A program made the translations under genes and the position numbers. From Planktotalea sp. (lineage in GTDB: Bacteria; Pseudomonadota; Alphaproteobacteria; Rhodobacterales; Rhodobacteraceae), in the NCBI RefSeq assembly GCF_018607965.1, contig NZ_JABBAM010000065.1, positions 16,922 through 80,921 on the forward strand: 64,000 bases of DNA, given 5' to 3'. Of this stretch, positions 41,220 through 51,064 are shown in pieces (within the stretch, counting starts at the first letter, position 1; each line of letters begins with the position of its first letter). A model generated the notes under the pieces. The model did no database searches, was not told the DNA's origin, and saw only the letters and a list, made by a program, of their open reading frames with translations.

Positions 41220-41270
41220 GTCATTGCTTTCTATTGCTTATGCGCGTTCTACGCAAAGCCGGTCAGTTGC

Positions 41271-41822
41271 TCAATCGAGTTTTCGTAAGTAGGTCCAAGT
41301 CGCCACATTCGCATCGCGCGCAACACTGTATTTCTCCGCATCGCCGACATAAGCAAAACCCGCGTTGGTCAAAACCCGCGCAGAGGCAGGATTGTCCTGA
41401 AATACGGAAGCAAACATAGTTTTGTTGTCCAGCGGATTGGCCTTGATCAAAGTCGTAACCGCATCTGACGCCAACCCGGTGTTCCAATAAGCTGGAACAA
41501 CCCAATAACTGACCTCCGACTGAAACGGATCGAGACGGTTAAGCTTAACGAGGCCAACCAATTCAGGACCATCATGCTTGCTGAGATCTAGCGCCCAAAA
41601 ATCTTGCTCGCGCTTTGCATCACTTGCACGATCCAGCAACGCTTGGGTCGCGCCGGGCGGCAAAGGATGGGGTATATCGCTAGTCATTTTCGCAACGCGA
41701 AGATCACCACGGTGCATTTCAATCAGTCCAGTATCAGACGACTGCAAAGGGCGTAGCGTCAGGTTTTCGCCTTCGATCACAAGCTGCGGTTCACGTATCA
41801 TATCATGTATAGGCTGGTTCAT
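41271..41822 (-). CDS. GNAT N-acetyltransferase (RimJ/RimL-like)
   Basis: EVSYW..YWNTGLA and DNPASARVL motifs. Confidence 0.85.
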   Translation of the reverse strand: MNQPIHDMIREPQLVIEGENLTLRPLQSSDTGLIEMHRGDLRVAKMTSDIPHPLPPGATQALLDRASDAKREQDFWALDLSKHDGPELVGLVKLNRLDPFQSEVSYWVVPAYWNTGLASDAVTTLIKANPLDNKTMFASVFQDNPASARVLTNAGFAYVGDAEKYSVARDANVATWTYLRKLD

Positions 41823-42421
41823 GTCGAAGCTCCGGCAAACAAAACAAACAAGACGGAGGCGACTGTAAGGGCCGCTAGCGTCCACATTAAATAAACTTCC
41901 ATCTGCGTTCCCGCGACTGTTTGTGCGATCTTATGGCCTGCAAAGGTCCAGATAGGGTGCAACACGATCTGACACGCGAGAAGGCACGCTGCGATTACAG
42001 CCGTTGCCTCTAGCGTCGGGGTACCGGTTTCGACGAACGCGGTGAACCCGCCCACGATCATAGCCCAAGCTTTGGGATTGAGTGGGTGCACGATCAGCCC
42101 CGCTGCGAAACCCGGTGCTTTCGCTTCAGATTTTGTGTTCAGGCGCAAGTTCGCAACTTTCCATGCAAGGAAAATTATGTAAGCGGCAGAAACATATTTC
42201 AGAGCCATGAAAAGCCACGGCACGGTTGCGGCCAAACTCATCAAGCCAAAGCCAATGGGCCATATGATCAACTGCTTGCCAAACGCAACGCCGGCCACAA
42301 AAGGCAATGCCGCTTTGAACCCAAAACGCGCACCCGTCGCCATAAGCGCCATATTGGCGGGACCCGGCGTGCCGACTTGGGATGCGGCGAAAATAAGAAA
42401 GGCTCCAGCGGCGACTGACAT
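41819..42421 (-). CDS. LysE family translocator
   Basis: TPGPANM and LNPKAW motifs. Confidence 0.85.
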   Translation of the reverse strand: MSVAAGAFLIFAASQVGTPGPANMALMATGARFGFKAALPFVAGVAFGKQLIIWPIGFGLMSLAATVPWLFMALKYVSAAYIIFLAWKVANLRLNTKSEAKAPGFAAGLIVHPLNPKAWAMIVGGFTAFVETGTPTLEATAVIAACLLACQIVLHPIWTFAGHKIAQTVAGTQMEVYLMWTLAALTVASVLFVLFAGAST

Positions 42422-42557
42422 CAAATCACTCCCCGAGATCGTAACGATTTTTCGTCGAAAAATCGGGAAGTTGCACTGCATTTCTGAAGCAACGCTGTAA
42501 GATTAACGCATGTGAACATCAAACAACCTTCCCATCATACAACCAATGTTTAAATTG

Positions 42558-42587
42558 AAAAAGGACCGGCGTTTCCGCCGATCCCTT
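42558..42587 (-). terminator. Intrinsic terminator after rpmA
   Basis: Minus-strand GGATCGGC..GCCGGTCC-TTTTT. Confidence 0.65.
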
Positions 42588-42612
42588 GAATGTCTTAGCT
42601 ATTCAAAACGGC

Positions 42613-42882
42613 TTATTCAGCGGCCTCAGCAACTGGGAGCACCGAAATGAATGTACGGCCTTTAAGGCCTTTATGGAACGTTACCGCACCGTCTGTCACA
42701 GCAAAGATCGTGTGATCTTTACCAAGACCAACGCCTTCGCCTGGCCAGAACTTTGTGCCACGCTGGCGTACGATGATGTTACCAGAGATAGCCGCTTGGC
42801 CACCGTAAAGTTTCACACCAAGGCGGCGACCAGCTGAGTCGCGGCCGTTACGGGATGAACCACCTGCTTTTTTATGTGCCAT
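42613..42882 (-). CDS. rpmA: 50S ribosomal protein L27
   Basis: [16 protein letters not shown]. Confidence 0.99.
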   Translation of the reverse strand: MAHKKAGGSSRNGRDSAGRRLGVKLYGGQAAISGNIIVRQRGTKFWPGEGVGLGKDHTIFAVTDGAVTFHKGLKGRTFISVLPVAEAAE

Positions 42883-42894
42883 TTGGTCTTACTC

Positions 42895-43626
42895 CTATTC
42901 AGCTGCGAACTGTTTTGCTTGCGCAATCCAGTCGTCGCGTTCGATGCGGCCTTTGGAAGACAGACGATCATCCATGTAGGAAATCTCTGCTGGGCCCCAA
43001 GTTGAAATTTGGTCGAAGTGGAAAACACCGATTTCGTGCAGCGTGCCTTCCAGCTTTGGTCCAACGCCAGAGATCCGCTTGAGATCGTCTGCAACGCCGC
43101 CACGTGCTTCCTTGAGCAGATTTGTTGGCTCTACTCCAGCAACCTCTACAGCGGGTGCTGCTGCGGCCTTGGGAGCAGCGGCCTTCTTAGGCGCGGCTTC
43201 TTTTTTCGCTGGAGCAGCTTTCTTAGGAGCGGCTTTTGCAGCAACTGCGGCGATTGCCACGCCTGCCACAGAACCAGCGCCGATCGCTGCTTTCACGCCA
43301 GACTTGTCGCCGCCGGACGCAAGAATGTCACCAACGCGGATCAAAGTCAGCTTTTGACGGTGACCTTTTGTACGCTGGGAACCATGCTTACGACGACGCT
43401 TAACAAAGTTGATAACCTTGTCGCCTTTGATCTGGTCTACGACCTCGGCCTGAACAGCAGCGCCGTCAACCATAGGTGCGCCTACGACAGTCTTGTCGCC
43501 GCCCAGCATCAGAATTTCATTGAATTGTACGGTTTCACCCGCATCTGCAGCTAGCTTTTCCACTCGTAGCATATCGCCCGACTGTACTTTATATTGCTTG
43601 CCGCCAGTTTTAATAACCGCGAACAT
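42895..43626 (-). CDS. rplU: 50S ribosomal protein L21 with Ala/Lys/Pro linker and C-terminal HhH-like domain
   Basis: MFAVIKTGGKQYKV; GHRQKLT; DDLKRISGVGPKLE extension. Confidence 0.97.
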   Translation of the reverse strand: MFAVIKTGGKQYKVQSGDMLRVEKLAADAGETVQFNEILMLGGDKTVVGAPMVDGAAVQAEVVDQIKGDKVINFVKRRRKHGSQRTKGHRQKLTLIRVGDILASGGDKSGVKAAIGAGSVAGVAIAAVAAKAAPKKAAPAKKEAAPKKAAAPKAAAAPAVEVAGVEPTNLLKEARGGVADDLKRISGVGPKLEGTLHEIGVFHFDQISTWGPAEISYMDDRLSSKGRIERDDWIAQAKQFAAE

Positions 43627-43792
43627 TGCGTCTTCCTTGTTTTCCGCGTCTCTAGGGTCCCGTTGCCGGCGTTTGTCGGGGATTGGAACCCCACCCATAA
43701 ACAGCGCGCACCATATGTGCGTCATTGAATTTAGCCCGCGAAAGGGAATCCCGTCGCAAGTTCGCGGCTTATGCGGTCTTGCGCCTGTGCTG

Positions 43793-44122
43793 TCAAGCGG
43801 TTGGCAGGCTTTGTGCAACCTCAATATCGAAGACCATAATGCTGTCCGCCCCATTTCGGCACATGCTGACTAAAATGCTGCCAAGTACTTGGTGCGTTGC
43901 GTGTGTTGCATACCGCTCTAACGCCGTGGGGTCCGTGAAGCGAATGAGAAAACCATCGCTATAGTCTTTGGATTTGGCTTCAAAATCGCGGTTTGGACCG
44001 AAATCGAATGACACGACGCCGTCCAACGAACCTGAGAAGGTTTGTAGTTTTTGAAAGATCGAGTTTTTGTCAGCCTCAGAGATGTCCGGCAAAAAATCAC
44101 AATAAACTGCGTGAAGTATCAT
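43793..44122 (-). CDS. Dabb (stress-responsive A/B barrel) family protein
   Basis: MILHAVY, FGPNRDFE and YATHATH motifs. Confidence 0.8.
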   Translation of the reverse strand: MILHAVYCDFLPDISEADKNSIFQKLQTFSGSLDGVVSFDFGPNRDFEAKSKDYSDGFLIRFTDPTALERYATHATHQVLGSILVSMCRNGADSIMVFDIEVAQSLPTA

Positions 44123-44153
44123 GCCTGCATCCTTGAGTGCGGTGAGACAGGCG

Positions 44154-44549
44154 TTACGCCTGCCCCTTTTCTTCGATGGCGGACGCCAAGGATTCCGTGC
44201 GCGCGGCGATTTCTGCAAGTGATTCACGCACGCCCGCTGGAATAACGGGGACTTCAATCCGCTCTGGTGCGGGGGCTGGTTGGTTCTTGAGCGCTGTCAA
44301 CTCAGCCTGAACCCCTACGAGTTGTTGCTCAACAGAATTTACTTTTTTTTCCATAGCTGCTGTTTTGTCAGCCAACATAAGGCCTGCCATCAACAACATG
44401 CGTGGTTCTGGAATGCGGCCAATCTGGCTGGCAAGTGTTTGCGCCTCTGTATCTAGCATCTTGGCGGCAGAGTGCAGGAACTGTTCTTCACCCTCTTGGC
44501 ATGACACTTCAAATTGACGTCCGCCGATGGAAATTGCGACCTCAGGCAT
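44154..44549 (-). CDS. zapA: Cell division protein ZapA
   Basis: IGGRQFEVSCQEGEE and MLLMAGLMLAD motifs. Confidence 0.9.
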   Translation of the reverse strand: MPEVAISIGGRQFEVSCQEGEEQFLHSAAKMLDTEAQTLASQIGRIPEPRMLLMAGLMLADKTAAMEKKVNSVEQQLVGVQAELTALKNQPAPAPERIEVPVIPAGVRESLAEIAARTESLASAIEEKGQA

Positions 44550-45093
44550 CGGTATTCTCCTTGTCGCCGTTTTCGGCATCGTTTGCAGCCCGCTTCACCA
44601 AAGGTTCAAGCGCCGCAAGAAGAGCATCTGCCTGCGCCACTTCAACCGAGCGCGTCGCTCGCAGTGTCTCAAGCTCTGCTAACATTGCTTTGTTTATCAG
44701 ATGTGGTTCGTCCAAACCTTTTTCCAACGCGTCGCGCAGGTTGAGGTTGGATTGACGCAAATCTTCGGAGGCCCGGCGCAAACGTTGCAGTTCAGCGTCC
44801 AGCTTAGCAGTCGTTCTTTGTTGCTCTAGCGCTTGTATGTCCATCGCAGAAGCATAGCGTTCAGATTTCTCACGCACCGACTTCAGCCGCTCTTCCAGCT
44901 GTGCATTCGCCAGTTTCTCATCGCTCAAGGCCAACTCAAGTTGCTCGGCGCGCGCACCTGCGATGTCTAAAGATTCTTGCATTTCGGCTGGGTCAGGCCC
45001 CTCAGGCGCAGCTGCCGCCAATCCATCTAAACCAGTGCCAATTCGATCCAGCGCCGCAGTAATCCGGCGCTCGAGCTCGGTGGTATCGCTCAT
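44542..45093 (-). CDS. Conserved coiled-coil protein upstream of zapA
   Basis: Heptad-rich 183 aa ORF overlapping the zapA start and divergent from tkt. Confidence 0.75.
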   Translation of the reverse strand: MSDTTELERRITAALDRIGTGLDGLAAAAPEGPDPAEMQESLDIAGARAEQLELALSDEKLANAQLEERLKSVREKSERYASAMDIQALEQQRTTAKLDAELQRLRRASEDLRQSNLNLRDALEKGLDEPHLINKAMLAELETLRATRSVEVAQADALLAALEPLVKRAANDAENGDKENTDA

Positions 45094-45305
45094 CGTGCTC
45101 TCCTATCTCGTTCAAGTGCTATTTCGCGTTACGCACGAATCGCCTGATTGTGTCGCTTTTTTTTACATTAGCCAAGCGGGTCACTAAATGCGCCATTCCT
45201 TTGGTGTCAGTACCTTATGCGACACGCTTGATCTTTGCCGCTGGCTTGGTATTGAGCGCGCGAAGACCACGCTTGATATATAGCCTCTCACAAAGGACGA
45301 CCCTT

Positions 45306-47327
45306 TTGGATATTGCAGCCCTCCGCTCCGCCAATCCCGATCACTGGAACAAGGCCGCCGCCATCCGCGCGCTGACTTTGGACGCTATTCACGCCGCCAA
45401 TTCTGGCCACTCCGGTATGCCAATGGGCATGGCTGATGTTGCGACCGTCCTGTTCGAAAAGCACCTGAAGTTCAACGCAAGCGCGCCACGTTGGACAGAC
45501 CGCGATCGTTTTATCCTGTCCGCAGGTCACGGCTCTATGCTGCTCTACTCCCTGCTTTATCTTGTGGGCGACAAGCAGATCACGCTCGATCAAGTGAAGA
45601 ACTTCCGCCAAAAAGGTGCTTTGACTGCTGGCCATCCCGAAAACTTCCTCGCAGACTCGATTGAAACAACAACGGGTCCTTTGGGTCAGGGTATTGCAAA
45701 TTCCGTCGGCTTTGCGATGGCAGAAGAAATTCAGCGCGCGCGCTACGGCAAAAAGGTCGTGGACCACAACACATACGTCATCGCAGGCGACGGATGCCTG
45801 ATGGAGGGCGTTTCCCAAGAGGCAATCGGCCTTGCTGGGCGCCACGAGCTTAGTAAACTGATCGTGCTTTGGGACAACAACAACATCACCATCGACGGTA
45901 CAGTTGAATTGTCTGATCGCACAGACCAAGTCATGCGCTTTAAGGCGTCCGGCTGGCATGTTCAAGAAATCGACGGCCACAACCCTGCTGAGATTGACGA
46001 AGCATTGACGGCTGCCAAAAAGTCCAAGAAGCCATCCATGATCGCGTGCAAAACACACATCGCGTTGGGCCACGCAGCACAAGACACGTCTAAAGGCCAC
46101 GGTGCTTTGACCAATGAAGAGCAAATGGCTCAAGCCAAAGCGCTCTACGGTTGGACATCAGGTCCTTTCGAAGTGCCTGCCGACATCAAGTCCGCATGGG
46201 AAGCCATTGGCGCACGGGGTGCTTCTGAGCACGCCGCATGGAACGAACGGTTCGCGACACTGCCACTTGGCAAGCAAGCTGAATTCGAGCGTGCCTATGC
46301 GTTAGACGCCCCCAAGAAGCTGGCCGCAACCATCAAAGCGTTCAAAAAGCATATCACAGAGAGCGCGCCAAAAGTTGCAACGCGTAAATCTTCTGAAATG
46401 ACGCTCGAGATCGTGAACCCGATCATGCAAGAAACTGTTGGTGGCTCGGCTGACCTGACAGGGTCCAACAATACCAAGACTGGCGATATGGGCGTGTTCG
46501 ACGTCGACAATCGCGGTGGTCGCTACATCTATTGGGGCATCCGTGAGCACGGCATGTCCTCCGCGATGAACGGCATGGCTCTGCACGGCGGCATGCGTCC
46601 CTACGGCGGCACGTTCATGTGCTTCACCGACTATGCGCGTCCTGCGATGCGCCTTGCGGCGTTGATGAAAGTGCCGACTGTGTTTGTGATGACCCACGAC
46701 AGCATCGGCCTTGGCGAAGACGGCCCGACACACCAACCCGTTGAGCACCTCGCAATTTCACGCGCCACGCCCAACACGTATGTGTTCCGCCCTGCGGACA
46801 CGGTTGAGACAGCGGAAAGCTGGGAAATCGCATTGACGTCTAAAACAGCACCTTCTGTTTTGGCATTGTCCCGCCAGAACTTGTCGACTGTGCGCCTTGA
46901 GCATAAGACAAAGAACCTGACCGCCCAAGGAGGCTATGTTCTGGCCGATGCCGAGGGCAAGCGTCAGGCGATCCTGATGGCAACAGGTTCCGAAGTCGAA
47001 ATCGCGCTCAAGGCACGCGATATGCTGCAAGCTGAGGGCATCGGAACGCGCGTTGTGTCCATGCCATGCATGGAGCTGTTCGCGGATCAAGACGAGGCTT
47101 ATCGCAAGCGCGTTCTTCCAGGCGGTCCTGTTCGGGTTGCGATTGAAGCAGGTGTGCGTATGGGATGGGATCGCTGGCTTCTGGCCGAGCGTGGCCGCGA
47201 CGCAAAGGCTGATTTCGTGGGCATGGACAGCTTTGGAGCGTCTGCCCCCGCGGACGAGCTATACGCGCACTTCGACATCACGGCCGAGGCCGCAGTCGCC
47301 AAAGTCAAAGCGTTGTTGGGACTTTGA
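45306..47327 (+). CDS. tkt: Transketolase
   Basis: [33 protein letters not shown]; TTG start inferred. Confidence 0.97.
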   Translation: MDIAALRSANPDHWNKAAAIRALTLDAIHAANSGHSGMPMGMADVATVLFEKHLKFNASAPRWTDRDRFILSAGHGSMLLYSLLYLVGDKQITLDQVKNFRQKGALTAGHPENFLADSIETTTGPLGQGIANSVGFAMAEEIQRARYGKKVVDHNTYVIAGDGCLMEGVSQEAIGLAGRHELSKLIVLWDNNNITIDGTVELSDRTDQVMRFKASGWHVQEIDGHNPAEIDEALTAAKKSKKPSMIACKTHIALGHAAQDTSKGHGALTNEEQMAQAKALYGWTSGPFEVPADIKSAWEAIGARGASEHAAWNERFATLPLGKQAEFERAYALDAPKKLAATIKAFKKHITESAPKVATRKSSEMTLEIVNPIMQETVGGSADLTGSNNTKTGDMGVFDVDNRGGRYIYWGIREHGMSSAMNGMALHGGMRPYGGTFMCFTDYARPAMRLAALMKVPTVFVMTHDSIGLGEDGPTHQPVEHLAISRATPNTYVFRPADTVETAESWEIALTSKTAPSVLALSRQNLSTVRLEHKTKNLTAQGGYVLADAEGKRQAILMATGSEVEIALKARDMLQAEGIGTRVVSMPCMELFADQDEAYRKRVLPGGPVRVAIEAGVRMGWDRWLLAERGRDAKADFVGMDSFGASAPADELYAHFDITAEAAVAKVKALLGL

Positions 47328-47370
47328 AACGTAAGGTGCGTGAAACCACGCACCCTACCCCGGCTTTCAA

Positions 47371-48477
47371 ATGAAGCCCTTTGAAATTTTTTGCGCCTGC
47401 CCTCCTGGGCTGGAGCAATACTTAGAAGCCGAAGCCTTAGAGGCTGGCTTCAAAGGCGCAACAGCGGTGCCCGGTGGCGTCCAATTCGCCGGCCTTTGGC
47501 CCAACGTCATGCGCGCCAATCTGACATTGCGCGGAGCGTCCCGAATTCTCGCGCGGTTTGCCAATTTCCGCTGCTTCAATCTAAGCCAGCTCGAAAAGCA
47601 AACCCGCGATATCGATTGGCATTCAGTTCTGCGTTCAGACATCCCGGTTCGGGTCGACGTCACCACGCGCAAATCCAAGGTCTATCACGCAGGTGCCGCC
47701 AAAGAGCGGATCGAAAAAGCCATTGCAGAACGCCTCGGCGCGTCAATCGCGTCTGAAGACGCGGTCAAGATCATGGTGCGCATCGAGGATAACATGTGCA
47801 CCTTTTCCATCGACACCTCAGGTGCACCGCTCCACCAACGCGGCCATAAAGAGGCTGTTGGCAAAGCCCCCATGCGCGAAAGCCTCGCGTCGTTGTTCCT
47901 GCGTGCGAGCGGTTACGATGGCACAGAACCCGTGCTCGATCCTATGTGTGGCTCTGGAACCTTCGTGTTAGAGGCCGCAGAAATCGCTCAAGGCTTGCTG
48001 CCCGGACGCACACGCAGCTTTGCGTTCGAACAACTTGCCAGTTTTATGCCAGACCGCTGGGCGGACCTGCGCAGCGCTAAACTTACAAACGATATCACCA
48101 CCCGTTTTTACGGCTCAGATCGCAATCATGGCGCGATCCAGAACGCAACAGCCAATGCGCAACGCGCAGGCCTTAGCGACCTATGCACGTTCACATGCGC
48201 GTCCATCAGTGATCTACAGCGCCCTGACAGCCCAGCTGGCCTCGTTATTCTCAACCCACCCTACGGCGCGCGGATCGGCGATAAAAAACAACTCTTCGCG
48301 CTTTATGCTTCACTTGGGAAAACCTTGAACGACCGCTTCAAAGGCTGGCGGGTTGCCATCATCACAACCGACACGGGCCTTGCGCACACGACAAACCTGG
48401 CCTTCAGCGACACAAGCGCACCGATCCCACATGGTGGTCTCAAAGTACGACTGCATCAAACCAAAGCGCTCATGTAA
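47371..48477 (+). CDS. THUMP-domain RNA methyltransferase (RlmL-half-like)
   Basis: DPMCGSGT SAM motif, NPPYG and HQRGHK motifs. Confidence 0.88.
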   Translation: MKPFEIFCACPPGLEQYLEAEALEAGFKGATAVPGGVQFAGLWPNVMRANLTLRGASRILARFANFRCFNLSQLEKQTRDIDWHSVLRSDIPVRVDVTTRKSKVYHAGAAKERIEKAIAERLGASIASEDAVKIMVRIEDNMCTFSIDTSGAPLHQRGHKEAVGKAPMRESLASLFLRASGYDGTEPVLDPMCGSGTFVLEAAEIAQGLLPGRTRSFAFEQLASFMPDRWADLRSAKLTNDITTRFYGSDRNHGAIQNATANAQRAGLSDLCTFTCASISDLQRPDSPAGLVILNPPYGARIGDKKQLFALYASLGKTLNDRFKGWRVAIITTDTGLAHTTNLAFSDTSAPIPHGGLKVRLHQTKALM

Positions 48478-48480
48478 CCC

Positions 48481-48526
48481 TTCATCTTTCTAAATAAACT
48501 TCGGGGGTCTGGGGGCTGGCCCCCAG
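48481..48526. repeat. Short G-rich palindromic element between convergent genes
   Basis: TTCATCTTTCTAAATAAAC-TTCGGGGGT-CTGGGGGC-TG-GCCCCCAG; resembles a dispersed Rhodobacteraceae intergenic repeat I recall; single copy in this window. Confidence 0.4.
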
Positions 48527-48528
48527 CC

Positions 48529-49485
48529 TTACTTTTTGAAAATCGCACCCCAAATCGGCGCAATTACCTTGGTTGCGACCGGGATCAGCGCCAAGCCCAA
48601 GGCCAATCCAAGTATCCCGTCTGCAAAAGCTGTGACACTCCACTCGACAAGCCCATGTAAATTCTCAGGCACACGTGCCGCAATCCTTACCGCGAAGTCG
48701 TGGATCATTGCATAGGGCGTCTTCCACCCCAGATCCTTCAAACCGTGTATGATGATAGATCCCCCGACCCAAAGCATCGCGCCTGTACCAACAACCAACA
48801 ACAGTTTCATCACCATAGGCATCGCTTTCACGATCGCGCGTCCCAAGCCGCGCGTCAGGCCAAACCGTCCGCGGGCGGACATTGCCAACCCAAGATCATC
48901 CGCTTTCACGATCAGTGCAACAGATCCATAAACCGCAAACGTAATTCCAATCGCAACGACGGCTAGCGTTGCAGCTTCCATCCCAAAACTGCCTTCTGGA
49001 ATAGCTGCCAAGGAAATCGTCATAATCTCGGCCGACAGAATGAAATCCGTTTTGATCGCGCCTTTTACCTTTTCTTCCTCTAAATGCGCCGGGTCCCCGC
49101 TCTCATATGCGTCTGTGTGGGTACCTTCGTGATGAAAGAGCCAATGTGCAATCTTCTCGGCCCCTTCAAAGCACAAATAGGCCCCCCCAAGGATCAATAG
49201 CGGCGGGATCAGCCAAGGCGCAAAGGCAGACAACGTCAAGCCGGCCGGCAACAAGATCAATAGTTTGTTTATAAGCGACCCACGTGCAATGCGCCAAATG
49301 ATCGGCAATTCGCGCGATGCATCAAAGCCTTGGACGTATTTGGGCGTGACAGCGGCGTCGTCGATGACTGCGCCTGCTGCTTTGCTTCCGGCCTTCAGCG
49401 CGTTCGCCGCAACATCGTCTATCGAGGCGGCTGCAATCTTTGCAATTGCGGCCACATCATCCAACAAAGCCACCAATCCACTCAT
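48529..49485 (-). CDS. DUF808 (YedI-like) inner membrane protein
   Basis: MSGLVALLDDVA, VIDDAAVTPKYV and TDFILSAEIM motifs. Confidence 0.9.
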   Translation of the reverse strand: MSGLVALLDDVAAIAKIAAASIDDVAANALKAGSKAAGAVIDDAAVTPKYVQGFDASRELPIIWRIARGSLINKLLILLPAGLTLSAFAPWLIPPLLILGGAYLCFEGAEKIAHWLFHHEGTHTDAYESGDPAHLEEEKVKGAIKTDFILSAEIMTISLAAIPEGSFGMEAATLAVVAIGITFAVYGSVALIVKADDLGLAMSARGRFGLTRGLGRAIVKAMPMVMKLLLVVGTGAMLWVGGSIIIHGLKDLGWKTPYAMIHDFAVRIAARVPENLHGLVEWSVTAFADGILGLALGLALIPVATKVIAPIWGAIFKK

Positions 49486-49553
49486 ACTGCTCTCCTCAAA
49501 CTCTAGCCTCTTCGAATCGACAATTGCCCCAGCCGAAACACGATGAAACCCAT

Positions 49554-49629
49554 GTTACCGCAATCATGAATGCGCGCATCTCAAATCGTTAGCGCCAACA
49601 TGAGTTTGACTGCAACGTTTACCGCTAAC
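49554..49629 (+). promoter_or_regulatory. Cluster of LacI-family (GapR/CceR-like) operator sites upstream of gap-1
   Basis: GTTAGCGCCAAC (49588-49599), TTTACCGCTAAC (49618-49629) and GTTACCGCAATC (49554-49565), all variants of GTTAGCGCTAAC. Confidence 0.6.
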
Positions 49630-49720
49630 ACCTTGCCAATAGGCGTTTTTAACCTTGGTCGCCCATGCCAAGCCCGTCTATACCGACCCTAAGGGAACGT
49701 CAGACTTCGAGGAGACTACC

Positions 49721-50725
49721 ATGACCGTCACACTAGGCATCAACGGCTTTGGCCGTATCGGGCGATCTACACTTGCGCATATCGCGGAAGCATCCCGCAA
49801 CGATGTTCAGGTGATCAAGGTCAACGCGACGGGACCGATCGAAACCAGCGCACATTTACTGCGTTATGACAGTGTCCATGGACGTTTTCCCGGTGACGTA
49901 AAGGTCGTGGGCAACACGATGGATCTAGGGCGCGGCCCTATGGAAATGTTCTCGACCTATAAACCAGAAGAGCTCGATTGGTCGGGGTGCGACGTGGTTC
50001 TGGAATGTACAGGCCAATTTAACGATGGCGACAAGGCCAGTGTTCATCTTGAACGCGGCGCAAAGGCCGTTCTGATTTCTGCCCCAGCGACGAACGTTCA
50101 AAGAACTATTGTTTACAGTGTGAACCACCGCGATATGGCTGCTGGGGATACCATGATTTCAAATGGGTCCTGCACGACCAATTGCCTTGCGCCGCTTGCT
50201 AAAGTGCTCGACGACGCAATCGGGATTGAGCGCGGGATCATGACCACGATTCATTCCTATACGGGCGATCAGCCAATGTTGGACCGCCGTCACAAAGATC
50301 TCTACCGTGCACGTGCGGCCGCGATGGCAATGATCCCGACGTCTACAGGTGCTGCAAAAGCACTTGGCGAGGTGCTGCCAAACCTCAAGGGCAAACTAGA
50401 CGGAACATCCATGCGCGTTCCGACGCCGAACGTTTCAGCCGTCGATTTGACGTTTGAGGCAGCGCGCGAAGTTACCGTCGAAGAGGTCAATGCGATCGTC
50501 AAAGAGGCCGCAGCAGGCCATATGGGCGCGGTCCTTTCCTACGATCCAGAACCCAAGGTTTCGATCGATTTCAACCACACCACACACAGCTGCATATTTG
50601 CGCCAGACCAGACCAAAGTTGTTGGCGGACGCACCGTGCGCGTTTTGGCTTGGTACGACAATGAATGGGGTTTCTCTGCGCGTATGGCGGATGTTGCTGC
50701 CGCGCTCGGTCGTTTGAACCAGTAA
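49721..50725 (+). CDS. gap: Type I glyceraldehyde-3-phosphate dehydrogenase, paralogue 1
   Basis: GINGFGRIG, SCTTNCLAP and WYDNEWG motifs. Confidence 0.95.
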   Translation: MTVTLGINGFGRIGRSTLAHIAEASRNDVQVIKVNATGPIETSAHLLRYDSVHGRFPGDVKVVGNTMDLGRGPMEMFSTYKPEELDWSGCDVVLECTGQFNDGDKASVHLERGAKAVLISAPATNVQRTIVYSVNHRDMAAGDTMISNGSCTTNCLAPLAKVLDDAIGIERGIMTTIHSYTGDQPMLDRRHKDLYRARAAAMAMIPTSTGAAKALGEVLPNLKGKLDGTSMRVPTPNVSAVDLTFEAAREVTVEEVNAIVKEAAAGHMGAVLSYDPEPKVSIDFNHTTHSCIFAPDQTKVVGGRTVRVLAWYDNEWGFSARMADVAAALGRLNQ

Positions 50726-50792
50726 GAGATTGTAACGCTCTACCCTTCGATCATAACCAACCGCTCATTTGCGCCTTGGCATTTGAGCACCG

Positions 50793-50975
50793 TTGACGCA
50801 TCCTGCGCCCACCCAAATAAGCAGAGAGCAGTATGCCAATCCTCTTGCCATTTTTCTCGGCTTACTCGTCACGATCCTGATCATCACAGATATTGTTCTG
50901 ACGGATGGAGTGAATTTGCTGTTTTTGGCGCGAAAATTCACAGAGTTCACGGAATGGATCGCATTCTGGCGCTGA
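50793..50975 (+). CDS. Small membrane protein; possibly a 1-nt deletion right after the natural ATG at 50833
   Basis: NPLAIFLGLL..LFLARKF..EWIAFWR. The RBS-preceded ATG at 50833 is one base out of frame (ATG-CC-AAT-CCT). Confidence 0.6.
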   Translation: MTHPAPTQISREQYANPLAIFLGLLVTILIITDIVLTDGVNLLFLARKFTEFTEWIAFWR

Positions 50976-51000
50976 TCTCGTCACAAGTGCCCCCTGCCCC

Positions 51001-51037
51001 TTGACATATCCCTGCATTTGCAATTGTTAGCGCTAAC
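51001..51037 (+). promoter_or_regulatory. Sigma70-type -35 plus perfect LacI-family palindrome upstream of gap-2
   Basis: TTGACA at 51001-51006; GTTAGCGCTAAC at 51026-51037. Confidence 0.7.
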
Positions 51038-51064
51038 TTAATTTCCATGCATGAGGAACCAGAT

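Noticed and set aside
43130-43270. Repetitive GCAGC/GCTGC-rich DNA that could suggest a tandem repeat array
   Set aside because: Explained by the Ala/Lys/Pro linker coding sequence of the extended L21.
43790-44160. Expected 6S RNA downstream of zapA
   Set aside because: The space is occupied by a Dabb-family CDS, and I see no long rod-like 6S structure.
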